Below are positions 7,682-16,987 of a DNA stretch of 64,000 bases, piece by piece. Numbering within the stretch: the stretch's first letter is position 1; the number at the start of each line of letters is the position of its first letter. Source of the stretch: Candidatus Methanophagaceae archaeon (GTDB lineage: Archaea > Halobacteriota > Syntropharchaeia > Alkanophagales > Methanospirareceae). The notes beneath the pieces were generated by a model. That model ran no database searches. It saw only the letters and a program-made list of their open reading frames with translations, and was not told the origin of the DNA. The translations under genes were made by a program, and so were the position numbers. Where the stretch lies: assembly GCA_003194435.1 (NCBI GenBank), contig PQXC01000003.1, positions 50,706 to 114,705 of the forward strand, in the 5' to 3' direction.

Positions 7682-9682
7682 TCACCGCTCACCTCCACCA
7701 TTTACTTTTATACCACTTTTTATATACGGTAGCAAGCCACCCGCGAGGATGATGCTCCGTTCTCGTTTCGTCAGTTGTGTGCGGACTTTGAATTCATACC
7801 CATTCTTACCCTTATCCTTGCTCTTATCTCTCACTACAATCTGCTCATTGTTCGCTAATCGCCACCTCACATCCGGTATCTCCAGTTCATCACCCCTGTC
7901 TATTAGACCGTAGTCAGCTCTGGAATCGAAGATGAGGGGCAGGATACCGAAATTAATGAGATTCGCCATGTGTATGCGCTCGAACGATTTTGCAATCACA
8001 GCCTTTACACCCAGAAATGCGGGACATAGAGCTGCATGCTCACGCGATGAGCCCTGACCATAGCTATCGCCCGCTACGATGATATTATACTTCCCTTTTC
8101 TCATGGTCTCGCTCGCTCGCTTATAAAACTGCCTGTCCAGCGGTTCAAATACAAACTCCGCATACTTCGCTATGTTTGACCGATACTTCATCCTGCTCCC
8201 TGCCGGTATTATATGGTCGGTAGTGATATTGTCACCGAGTTTAATCGTTACGAGCCCTGAGATGGTATCAGGTAGTGGAGAGAACGAAGGTGGAGCACCT
8301 ATATTTGGACCGCGATACACCTTTACCTCTACCCCCGTGGCACTGGTGCGTGCGGGCTGGAGAATCATGCTGTCATCTATATAAAACTGCTCAGGCAGTG
8401 CAATATGGGGATATTTCAATCCGAGTTCTCTCGGGTCGGTAATCCTGCCGGTGATAGCAGCCGCAGCGGCTGTCTCCGGACTCACAAGATAGACCTTCGC
8501 ACTCTTCGTGCCTGAACGCCCCATAAAATTCCTGTTACTCGTTCGTAATGATACGGCATCTGTTGCTGGTGAATAGCTATTGCCGATACAGAACCCGCAG
8601 GTGCATTCAGCAATTCGTGCTCCGGCATTGATGAGTGAAGTCAATCCCCCAGCAATAGCGATATTCTGAAGCACCTGTCTGGAGCCCGGCGCAACTATCA
8701 ACTCCACATCTGGATGGACCTTCTTACCTTCCAGTATCTTCGCAACGGTCATCAGGTCTTTAAAAGAGGAGTTGGTGCAGCTACCTATGCATACCTGATT
8801 CACCTCCATGCCCTCCAGTTCCGCCACGGGCTTTATGTTATCGGGGCTATGAGGGCAAGCAGCAAGCGGGACAATCTCATTCAGGTCTATCTCAACGCTA
8901 TCTTCGTAGTCGTCGCCGTCAGGGTCATCACCGGCTATGAGTTCAATCCAGTCATGAGCCCTGTGCTGTGCTCGCAGGAATTGAAGCGTGTTGTCGTCGC
9001 TGGGGAATACAGAGGTTGTGACGCCGCATTCAGCGCCCATGTTCGCTATCGTCGCTCGTTCCGGAACGGATAGAGTTTTTACGCCCTCTCCCTTGTATTC
9101 AAATACACGACCAACATTACCACGCGTGGTAAACAGTTCCAGAACCTTTAATGCCACGTCCTTAGCCGTTACCCACGGGTTGAGTTGCCCTTTAAGGTTA
9201 AGCGCTATCACATGAGGGCATGATAGGTAAAAGGGACTGCCACCCATTGCCATTGCCACATCCAGACCACCTGCACCAATTGCAATCATACCAATACCGC
9301 CGGCAGTGGGCGTGTGACTATCAGAGCCAAGCAGCGTCTTTCCCGGTATAGCGAACCTCTCAAGGTGGACCTGATGGCAGATTCCGTTCCCGGGCTTCGA
9401 GAATAGAATGCCATACTTAGCGGCAATTGACCTCAGGTAGCGGTGGTCATCGGCGTTCTCAAATCCTGACTGGATGGTATTGTGGTCAACATAGCTCACA
9501 GATAACTCGGTCTTTACCTCTGCGATGCCAAGCGCCTCGAACTGCAGGTATGCCATCGTCCCGGTAGCATCCTGAGTCAATGTCTGGTCTATCCTGAGCG
9601 CTATCTCCTCCCCGGGCTCGAACTTGCCCTCTGCCAGATGCTCCTCTATTATCCGCCTCGTTATGCTCCCTCTATCGCTCAT
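7682..9682 (-). CDS. Aconitase-family hydratase (aconitate hydratase, roughly 660-aa type).
   Basis: The sequence contains the aconitase signatures GSDSHT, CIGSCTN and SNRNFMGR, plus a C-terminal swivel domain (VAGDSYGQGSSREHA). Confidence 0.8.
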   Translation of the reverse strand: MSDRGSITRRIIEEHLAEGKFEPGEEIALRIDQTLTQDATGTMAYLQFEALGIAEVKTELSVSYVDHNTIQSGFENADDHRYLRSIAAKYGILFSKPGNGICHQVHLERFAIPGKTLLGSDSHTPTAGGIGMIAIGAGGLDVAMAMGGSPFYLSCPHVIALNLKGQLNPWVTAKDVALKVLELFTTRGNVGRVFEYKGEGVKTLSVPERATIANMGAECGVTTSVFPSDDNTLQFLRAQHRAHDWIELIAGDDPDGDDYEDSVEIDLNEIVPLAACPHSPDNIKPVAELEGMEVNQVCIGSCTNSSFKDLMTVAKILEGKKVHPDVELIVAPGSRQVLQNIAIAGGLTSLINAGARIAECTCGFCIGNSYSPATDAVSLRTSNRNFMGRSGTKSAKVYLVSPETAAAAAITGRITDPRELGLKYPHIALPEQFYIDDSMILQPARTSATGVEVKVYRGPNIGAPPSFSPLPDTISGLVTIKLGDNITTDHIIPAGSRMKYRSNIAKYAEFVFEPLDRQFYKRASETMRKGKYNIIVAGDSYGQGSSREHAALCPAFLGVKAVIAKSFERIHMANLINFGILPLIFDSRADYGLIDRGDELEIPDVRWRLANNEQIVVRDKSKDKGKNGYEFKVRTQLTKRERSIILAGGLLPYIKSGIKVNGGGER

Positions 9683-9753
9683 AAACTTAACTTAATAACT
9701 TATTTGTCCTTTCTTTTCTTAACTTAATTCAATCTAACTAATCTAAGAGCGAG

Positions 9754-10845
9754 ATGGGGATGGAGACAGAGATAGAGATAGAAGAGGCAAGTGGCTATAT
9801 AGCGGTGCATGGCGATTTCAATGTGCTCAGTTCTGCATTCTACAATGGTGGATATAGAAGTGCGCGAACGATAGTAAATCTGGAGGTGCCATCCAGCTTC
9901 GATGGTGATGCATTCCAATACTTCGATTCGTTCCTCAAGGCGAAGAATTTGAGCCCGGAGGAGACGGTGGGCATGATGACCGCGGTACCTATGAGTGATG
10001 CGCAAATAATAAACAGAGGCGATATATCGGCTGTTATAACCGCGGGTATACCTGTACCTGCATCCTCCAGCTCCTCTTCCACCGTGAACATTATTCTCAC
10101 GATTGATAGACGACTGTCGCAGTCAGCAATGGCAAATGTGTTGATAGTGGCAACGGAAGCGAAGACTGCCGCTTTCTATGACCTCGATGTGCGTGACCGC
10201 TCAGGAGACTTCTTCACCGGTGACGTTACCGATTCCGTGGCGGTCGCTTGCGTGTCTGGCGCTAATAGAAATAGAGGTAAAGAGGAGGAAGCGGAGGTGG
10301 AGGAAGCTTTCGCAGGTAAGGGCACGGAATTGGGCAGGAGTGTGTATGAAGTGGTAAGAGAAGGTGTAAAAGCTGCTCTGGTATCCCACAATGCATTAAG
10401 GGCTGATAGACCAATCTTGAAGCGACTGGAGGAACGCGGCATCGGGCTGGACGAGATGGTGAAAACCGCACTGGAACTTTATGTGCCTGTGGCGGGCGAG
10501 GATGTGGATATGGAGGAGCTGAGCAGGCGACTGGAATCGAGGATAAAGAAAGAAACGGCAGATACAAATGTTGCACTGCTACTGGCAGCGGCAATGCACG
10601 CGGAAGAGGACGAGATAAAGAAGGGCAGGGCAGGCAGTGCAGGTGAGACAGATGCAGCTTCTATTGTGGCTGATGAGCTCATCGGAATGGATATTGCAGA
10701 ATACATAGGGGGTAAAAGAGCACTGTTCAATTTCTTCTATTATGATACGAGGAAACCAGGGATATTAAGTCGCCTCGGGGTGTTCATGGATGATGCTATT
10801 GGCGGATTAATCGCGGGTTGTATGACCCGGATGCTGCAGGAATAG
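9754..10845 (+). CDS. cbiZ: Fusion of a CbiZ-like adenosylcobinamide amidohydrolase (N-terminal) with a PgpA/CobZ-like alpha-ribazole-phosphate phosphatase domain (C-terminal).
   Basis: The N-terminal half shows the CbiZ pattern (GGYRSA, VNIILTIDRRLSQSAMANVLIVATEAKTAAF, TGDVTDSVAVAC). The C-terminal half ends in KPGILSRLGVFMDDAIGGLIAGCMT, typical of PgpA/CobZ. Confidence 0.5.
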   Translation: MGMETEIEIEEASGYIAVHGDFNVLSSAFYNGGYRSARTIVNLEVPSSFDGDAFQYFDSFLKAKNLSPEETVGMMTAVPMSDAQIINRGDISAVITAGIPVPASSSSSSTVNIILTIDRRLSQSAMANVLIVATEAKTAAFYDLDVRDRSGDFFTGDVTDSVAVACVSGANRNRGKEEEAEVEEAFAGKGTELGRSVYEVVREGVKAALVSHNALRADRPILKRLEERGIGLDEMVKTALELYVPVAGEDVDMEELSRRLESRIKKETADTNVALLLAAAMHAEEDEIKKGRAGSAGETDAASIVADELIGMDIAEYIGGKRALFNFFYYDTRKPGILSRLGVFMDDAIGGLIAGCMTRMLQE

Positions 10846-10853
10846 TAATTTAG

Positions 10854-12386
10854 TATTTGTATAGCTACCTTTACTTTAAAAACTTCGCATGCGATATCTT
10901 GCAATAACGGTTAGGGAGGTAAGATATTTGGAGTGGAAACATAGGTATTTAAATATAACATCGTATTATCTTTTTGATGGCGAAAAGTCAGCGCGTAGTG
11001 ATGTCAATATTGGCAAGCGAGTATCAAAGTTTGATACTCCGGATAAAGGAGTTGGAGGAGATAGTAGCCGAGTTGAAGAGAGATAACGAGGAGAAAGCAA
11101 AGATAATTGCAGAACAGGCAAAACAAATAGAAGAGCTAAAAGCGAAACTCGCCAGATACGAGAATCCTCATACTCCTCCTTCCGCAAGATACAAGAAGGA
11201 ATCAAAATCCAGGAACTCGCCAAAGAGGCATGGTGCTCCAAATGGGCATAGGGGTGCAACCAGGCCAACACCTGAGCCCGACAGGGTGGTGGAGGTCACT
11301 GCCGACCAATGTGACCACTGCGGCAGTACCAATTTGGAGGAGTGTGGCGTTGAAAAGCAGGTAATCGAAGAGATCCCTCCGCCTCCTAAGATTGAGGTCA
11401 TTCAGTTCAATCGTCACAAGTATAAATGCCGTGACTGCGGTCATGAGTTCACCGCAAAGGACGCGGAATGCCCTCAAAAGGGTAGATTCGGTGTGAATCT
11501 GCTTGTTTATCTGATAATGTTGAAATTTAGCCTTCGTGGTGTTCTTCGCAGAATCAAGGATTTTGCTTTCCACCTCAATGCCTTTGTGATCACACCTAAG
11601 GGCATTCAGGATGCTATCCTCCGTGTAGGAGCAGCCTGCAAGACTGCGTATTCCCTGAATATCGACAAAGTCAGAACTGCGAAGTGGATTTATATGGACG
11701 AGACGGGGATACGGGTTCTTGGTAAAAATTACTGGCTCTGGACTTTCAGGACGCCTGATGACGAAGTGGTGGTAGCGATCAGACCTTCAAGGGGCGGGGA
11801 CGTTTTGCGTGAGATTTTCGGCTTGGACATCAATGGTGCGGGTGTTGTCGATGGCTGGCGTGCCTATAATATCATCCCAGTCTTACAGCGATGCTGGGCG
11901 CACCTGATAAGGGAAGTAGACGCGTTCGTTGAGAAACCCGGTGGTAAGGAGCTGTCAGAAACCATTCATAAAAAATTCAGGGCGCTAAAAGAGTTCCTCG
12001 GTAAAGACCCGCCGCCATCCATGGAAGAGCGGAAACAGCAGAAAGAAGTCTGGGATAGGGAAATGACAGAGCTAGCGGAGCAATTCAGCAAGTTCACGGA
12101 GCTGAAGAAGCCGGTAACTTACATCAGGAACGGTCTGGGAAACTGGTATACGTGCATGCTTTATCCCGGTATGGAGCCAACAAACAATCTCAGTGAGCAG
12201 GTTATCAGGGAGCATGTGCTCATGCGGAAGATCATGGGTACTTTTAGATCGGAGATTGGTGCTGAATATTACCAATACATCGCTTCCGTCTTCGCCACGT
12301 GGCGGTTACAGGGAAAAGATGTCTACGACGAACTCAAAAAATTGCTCGTCAATGAGCTCTGTTTGAAGTGAGCTATACAAATACGT
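10854..12386 (+). mobile_element. IS66-family insertion sequence (single-ORF ISBst12-like group), about 1.53 kb, with 14-bp perfect terminal inverted repeats.
   Basis: The sequence GTATTTGTATAGCT sits at 10853-10866 and its reverse complement AGCTATACAAATAC at 12373-12386. The repeat extends imperfectly to about 21 bp. An IS66-type transposase ORF lies inside. Confidence 0.6.
10974..12371 (+). CDS. IS66-family transposase (TnpC-like). The likely true ATG is at 10977.
   Basis: It has an N-terminal coiled-coil/leucine zipper, a CxxC...CxxC zinc ribbon (CDHCG...CRDCG), a DDE core with MDETG, and a conserved CWAHLIRE motif. Confidence 0.8.
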   Translation: MMAKSQRVVMSILASEYQSLILRIKELEEIVAELKRDNEEKAKIIAEQAKQIEELKAKLARYENPHTPPSARYKKESKSRNSPKRHGAPNGHRGATRPTPEPDRVVEVTADQCDHCGSTNLEECGVEKQVIEEIPPPPKIEVIQFNRHKYKCRDCGHEFTAKDAECPQKGRFGVNLLVYLIMLKFSLRGVLRRIKDFAFHLNAFVITPKGIQDAILRVGAACKTAYSLNIDKVRTAKWIYMDETGIRVLGKNYWLWTFRTPDDEVVVAIRPSRGGDVLREIFGLDINGAGVVDGWRAYNIIPVLQRCWAHLIREVDAFVEKPGGKELSETIHKKFRALKEFLGKDPPPSMEERKQQKEVWDREMTELAEQFSKFTELKKPVTYIRNGLGNWYTCMLYPGMEPTNNLSEQVIREHVLMRKIMGTFRSEIGAEYYQYIASVFATWRLQGKDVYDELKKLLVNELCLK

Positions 12387-12512
12387 AATTTATTATCTGC
12401 CGGAGGTTGGGTATCCTATGGGAGGGATTTAGGCACACCGACTTTATTGATTGTGCCATAAAGCTATGGAGACGATAATGATGGTGGGAACGCTCATTCT
12501 TACATTTATATC

Positions 12513-13526
12513 TCACTTCATCTCACTTATAACCTTCATGCTCGTAATTGCACCCACAATCAAACTCGTATAATAAGTGCTCAACCGCCATAGAAGTGTG
12601 AATATCCCCAGTAAAGGTGTGCTCACGAGCGTATGATAGAGATATGCACTGCTCAGTTCGGATACACCACTGCTGCCCGGGCTTATAGGCATCGCAGCGA
12701 TTATGAGAAGTATGAATTGTGCCGCAATTGAGTATATCCAGACCGGGTCCGCACCGAGCCCGAGGAGCAGGAACGGAGGTATTGTGAATTCAACGAACCA
12801 GAAAGCGATGGTGAGAAGGAGAGCGAGTCTGATAGTCTTCTTACCTTCTCGCTGGAACTTCTTATGTGCTTCATGAAAATTCTCCAGCTCCTGATAGACT
12901 TTATCGCGTATCCGCTCCATTTTATGGACTTTTAGCTTTGTGAAGACCCAATCAATGAATCTCTTTAGCTTATCTGGTCTGGTTATACCATACACCATGA
13001 GCAATACGCCGAGGATGAGTATGATACCAATAGCAGTGAATATACCCGAGTAACGTGGTATTACCGTTCTGAAGAGGAAAAAACTTATTGCACCACCAAT
13101 CATACCGACCATGAAATCCAGTGACCGTTCACCGAAGACGATAGCTGTTCCATCACCTACTGTCAGTCCACTGCGTCTCAGCAGATATATTCGCACTGGC
13201 TCGCCACCGAACTGAGAAGGGGTTATACATGCGGCGAAGAGACTTGCCAGAATTATCTTCAGTGATTGTGACAATCTCAGGTCACCATCTGTATGTGCGC
13301 CACTCAAGAAATCACTCATCAACTTCAGCCTGAAACTCCATACAACCCATGCGAGGATATGCATACCGAGCGCAAGTGCGAGAAATAAGGGGTTGACCTC
13401 TGCTATCGCCTCAAAGGTCGCTGGTGTTATACGATAAGGAGAGAACAGGAGGATAAAGACGAGAGCGAGGATGCTTATGGAGATAGAAACAAACAGCAGT
13501 GTCCATTTACGGCTTCCATTCACCAT
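12513..13526 (-). CDS. UPF0104/LPG-synthase-TM-type (flippase-like) integral membrane protein.
   Basis: The profile is polytopic and hydrophobic, with charged loops KLKVHKMERIRDKVYQELENFHEAHKKFQREGKK typical of the family. Confidence 0.45.
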   Translation of the reverse strand: MVNGSRKWTLLFVSISISILALVFILLFSPYRITPATFEAIAEVNPLFLALALGMHILAWVVWSFRLKLMSDFLSGAHTDGDLRLSQSLKIILASLFAACITPSQFGGEPVRIYLLRRSGLTVGDGTAIVFGERSLDFMVGMIGGAISFFLFRTVIPRYSGIFTAIGIILILGVLLMVYGITRPDKLKRFIDWVFTKLKVHKMERIRDKVYQELENFHEAHKKFQREGKKTIRLALLLTIAFWFVEFTIPPFLLLGLGADPVWIYSIAAQFILLIIAAMPISPGSSGVSELSSAYLYHTLVSTPLLGIFTLLWRLSTYYTSLIVGAITSMKVISEMK

Positions 13527-14250
13527 ACATGAAGGTAATGACCATGGAGTTTAAATTTTTTGCAGTTTTATTTGCAGTTTTAAATAGCTTATATGCCTCC
13601 TCCAAGAGTGCAATCAGCAGGAGCAGCGAGATTAACACAAAGAAGATGTAGGATTGTTCAGCCCAGTAATCTCCAAAGGTAAGCAACAACCCGAATTCAT
13701 CTGCCACCAGTCCCATGCCAGTGCCGTAGATGCCCGCAGATACTTTCGTGATGATAGAGCGAGAGCCACCATTGAGATGCCCGAGCCATCCAGCAATGGC
13801 GAGCAGTCCAATACCAACGAAGAAATGATGTATTCGATAGCCTTTAACCCATAACTGGCATACCGGATTGATGTCGGCATTTAAAATAGCCACGAATAAG
13901 CGCGCAATGAGGAATGTGATGGTGAATGATGAGAGGATAATGAAATGAATCTGGAGTTTCTTCGAGTTAGGTCTGAACTTAGAGTCACGAAACATGGGGA
14001 ACACAGCACTCAACATGCCGAACAGGAGGATGCCATAGCCGATGAACATGAGGGTGGATTCATAACTCAGTCGCAATATCATTGCCGCATCGAGGATGTC
14101 AACGATGAATACCGTTGGTAGCGTAAATGTGAACCTGGATACCGCCTCTACCAATGCGGTAAGGACGAATATCGTGCAGAGCGATATACACATCTTGGCT
14201 GACTTGCGCTTTGTAAGATATGACAGGAATTCTATACGCACACAAACCAC
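13507..14250 (-). CDS. Integral membrane protein of unknown function, overlapping the downstream UPF0104 gene by 20 nt.
   Basis: The 247-aa product has multiple TM segments. Its overlap with the downstream gene suggests translational coupling. Confidence 0.3.
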   Translation of the reverse strand: MVCVRIEFLSYLTKRKSAKMCISLCTIFVLTALVEAVSRFTFTLPTVFIVDILDAAMILRLSYESTLMFIGYGILLFGMLSAVFPMFRDSKFRPNSKKLQIHFIILSSFTITFLIARLFVAILNADINPVCQLWVKGYRIHHFFVGIGLLAIAGWLGHLNGGSRSIITKVSAGIYGTGMGLVADEFGLLLTFGDYWAEQSYIFFVLISLLLLIALLEEAYKLFKTANKTAKNLNSMVITFMYGEWKP

Positions 14251-14271
14251 CCGCTTCTTATTTTACGTCTA

Positions 14272-14357
14272 CGCCAGGGTCAGGATTCGAACCTGAGCGT
14301 CCCGAGAGGGACAGTGACTCTCGAGGCCACCGCATTTGTCCACTCTGCCACCCTGGC
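14272..14357 (-). tRNA. tRNA-Ser (anticodon CGA), class II with a long variable arm.
   Basis: Hand-folded from GCCAGGG-TG-GCA...TGC-G-GTGGC-CTCGAGA-GTCAC-[TGTCCCTCTCGGGACG]-CTCAGG-TTCGAAT-CCTGA-CCCTGGC-G. The acceptor, anticodon and T stems all pair. Confidence 0.8.
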
Positions 14358-14369
14358 TTAATCTTACTC

Positions 14370-15230
14370 TTACTTATAGTTATAGAACCCTCTACCCACT
14401 TTCCTGCCCGTCCATCCTGCATTTACCATCTGCGTCATGAGAACTGCGGGCTTGAACCGCTCCCAGCCCGTCTCATTATAAATCGTGTTCAGAACCGCCA
14501 CCACGATGTCTATGCCAATCAGGTCCAATAGCTGGAAGGGACCCTGTGGCCAGTTAAAAGAGAGCTTTAATACCTTGTCTATATCCTCAATAGATGCGAG
14601 TCCACTCTCATACATCTTCACCGCTTCGTTCAATATGAGGCACATCATCCGACTGGTGACAAAGCCAGGGGAATCTTTGACGATTACCGGCTCCTTACCC
14701 AGCGACCGCAGAAATGTTAGCGTCTTTTCCACCGTATCCTCTGAGGTCATCAATGATTTTGCCACTTCCACACCTCGCATCACTGGCACGGGGTTCATGA
14801 AATGCATCCCAATCACCTTCTCCGGTCGCTTCGTCACGGCGCCAAGAGCGGTGATGGGGAATGTCGAGGTATTACTGCCAATAATCGTATGCGCTGGGCA
14901 TATCTGGTCAAGCTCTGTGAATACCCCGCGTTTCACTTCCATATCCTCATACACCGCTTCAATAACTATATCTGCATCCTTCGCACAGTCCTCCAGGCTC
15001 GTTGAGCTGTGTATTGAATTCATAACAGCATCTGCATCCTCGCGTTTCAGATGCCCCTTCTTCACCAGTCTGGAGAGGCTATCTTTTATCTTTCCAAGCC
15101 CCCGCTCCAGAGATTCCGCACTCCTGCTCACAACAGAGGTCTCATAGCCTGACTGGGCACATACCTGAACGATGCCACTGCCCATCACTCCAATCCCAAC
15201 AACACAAACTCTCTTCACGTTCATGGTCAT
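14370..15230 (-). CDS. hbd: 3-hydroxyacyl-CoA (3-hydroxybutyryl-CoA) dehydrogenase.
   Basis: It has an N-terminal NAD Rossmann motif (VCVVGIGVMGSGI) and the HFMNPVPVM and SPGFVTSR(M) motifs of the 3HCDH family. Confidence 0.85.
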   Translation of the reverse strand: MTMNVKRVCVVGIGVMGSGIVQVCAQSGYETSVVSRSAESLERGLGKIKDSLSRLVKKGHLKREDADAVMNSIHSSTSLEDCAKDADIVIEAVYEDMEVKRGVFTELDQICPAHTIIGSNTSTFPITALGAVTKRPEKVIGMHFMNPVPVMRGVEVAKSLMTSEDTVEKTLTFLRSLGKEPVIVKDSPGFVTSRMMCLILNEAVKMYESGLASIEDIDKVLKLSFNWPQGPFQLLDLIGIDIVVAVLNTIYNETGWERFKPAVLMTQMVNAGWTGRKVGRGFYNYK

Positions 15231-15724
15231 GGTTCAATGATCTTAAATACGGGACATACGTGTGCTCCGCCTGAGAATTTATCACCCTTATAAGTATATG
15301 TACCGCTCATCTTCACCCTCTTCCCTATAAGCTCTTGTGAAGCCTGTTCGGGCTCCAGCTCAAGCCTGCCAATGATGTTTGGTCCTTCCTTCGTCTTCAC
15401 TAAGCATGGTATATAGGGAGCATCGAAACCCTCTGGCGCCACGCGGATGACTGTAAAGGTTAACAGTTCACCCTCGCCACTCAATTCTACACGCTCCATA
15501 TCCCTGCTACTGCACCACTGGCAGACGGGCATGGGATGGCACGTTATTTTACCACATGAGAGGCACTTCAAACCCACCAATTTACCATTACTCAATGCTT
15601 CTTCATACTCCCCATAGCTCAATGGTATATATTGCTTCTCCAGCTCCTTCTCTATCTCTTCCTGGGTCTTACCTGCATTTGCACTTACCATCTCCCATTC
15701 ACCTCCTAACCCTATCTCTACCAA
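15227..15724 (-). CDS. DUF35 Zn-ribbon/OB-fold protein (thiolase-associated scaffold).
   Basis: It carries a CxxC...CxxC rubredoxin-like knuckle (CLSCGKITCHPMPVCQWC) and a C-terminal OB fold. It overlaps both the thiolase and hbd genes. Confidence 0.75.
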   Translation of the reverse strand: MVEIGLGGEWEMVSANAGKTQEEIEKELEKQYIPLSYGEYEEALSNGKLVGLKCLSCGKITCHPMPVCQWCSSRDMERVELSGEGELLTFTVIRVAPEGFDAPYIPCLVKTKEGPNIIGRLELEPEQASQELIGKRVKMSGTYTYKGDKFSGGAHVCPVFKIIEP

Positions 15725-16892
15725 GTATCAGGTGACATAGAGTACCGAAGTCACCACCCAGCGTATCGGTCATACCATACTCAGGAACAGGGTCAATCTG
15801 ATTGCCCTTTGCCGCCTCACCACGCATCTGCTTGACTATCCAGTAGACCTGTGATGCGCCCGTAGCTCCTATCGGATGCCCTTTGCCTATCAGTCCGCCG
15901 GACATGTTCGTCGGTATCTTGCCACCCATATCAGTTTCGCCCTCCGCGGTCGCATTTGCAGCTTCACCCCACTCAAAGAAGCCCATGCACTCAAGTGCGA
16001 TCAACTCGGCGATGGTGAAGCAGTCATGAATCTCCAGGATGTCTATATCCTTCGGCTCGAGCCTTGCGTGTTTAAAAGCCGTCCTCGCTGATTGTATTCT
16101 GGAGACAGGCTTTGTTAAGTCCTCCATCTTTGATAGCGCACTACCAGAAGCCTGACCGGTGCCGAGTATATAGACCGGGTCATCGCTGTATCGCCTCGCA
16201 TCCTCCGCGGCACATAGCACGATAGCCGCGGCACCATCAGAGAAAGGGCAGCAGTCGAGGAGCGTGAGTGGATCCGCTACCAACCTCGCATTCAGCACAT
16301 CCTCTACCTTGAGTGCTCCCATCTTCTTATAAAACTGAGCTAATGGGTTCAATGCGCCGTGCTTGTGGTTTTTTATCGAGACATACGCCATCTTCTCACG
16401 CAACTCATCCAGTGGGATGCCATATTCAACGGCATAACGCCTCGCAGCCATTGCGAACACACCCGGAAATGTGAGCCCTACCGGACCTTCAGTGGGTGAA
16501 TGGCAGCTCATTGCAAATGTCCTGGTGGCAAAAGCAGTGCCCATGGATAATGCCTTCTCCACACCGCCGGCAAGCACCATGTCGAGCTCACCTGAAGCCA
16601 CCCACATCGCTGCATCCCGTATTGCAACTGAGGCTGACGCACATGCGCCCTCATACCGGGTTGCCGGTATCGGTCCCAGATTGAGTTCAGCGGCGGCGAA
16701 AGCAGCGGGCATTACCTGCGCCTCTTCAAAACCCGGTAACGCAGCACCCATGAACAAACCCTCAATATCTTTGCCCGTAATACCTGCATCGTCCATCGCC
16801 TGCAATGCTGCTTCCGAGAATAGCTCCAGAGAACTCTTATCCGCTCGCCCGAACTTCGTATGCCCTACTCCTATTATCGCTACGTCTCTCAT
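15699..16892 (-). CDS. Thiolase (acetyl-CoA C-acetyltransferase, archaeal SCP-x-like type).
   Basis: Thiolase-fold motifs are present, including the catalytic Cys region (YEGACASASVAIRDA) and a C-terminal GHPIGATG. Confidence 0.85.
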   Translation of the reverse strand: MRDVAIIGVGHTKFGRADKSSLELFSEAALQAMDDAGITGKDIEGLFMGAALPGFEEAQVMPAAFAAAELNLGPIPATRYEGACASASVAIRDAAMWVASGELDMVLAGGVEKALSMGTAFATRTFAMSCHSPTEGPVGLTFPGVFAMAARRYAVEYGIPLDELREKMAYVSIKNHKHGALNPLAQFYKKMGALKVEDVLNARLVADPLTLLDCCPFSDGAAAIVLCAAEDARRYSDDPVYILGTGQASGSALSKMEDLTKPVSRIQSARTAFKHARLEPKDIDILEIHDCFTIAELIALECMGFFEWGEAANATAEGETDMGGKIPTNMSGGLIGKGHPIGATGASQVYWIVKQMRGEAAKGNQIDPVPEYGMTDTLGGDFGTLCHLILGRDRVRR

Positions 16893-16987
16893 CTCCTTTC
16901 CACTCTCTCATTATTCAATGAGCTCCGCACATAAAAAACATCGGTATCCACGAATATATAAATTGAAGATGGAAGGAGGGATGGAAG

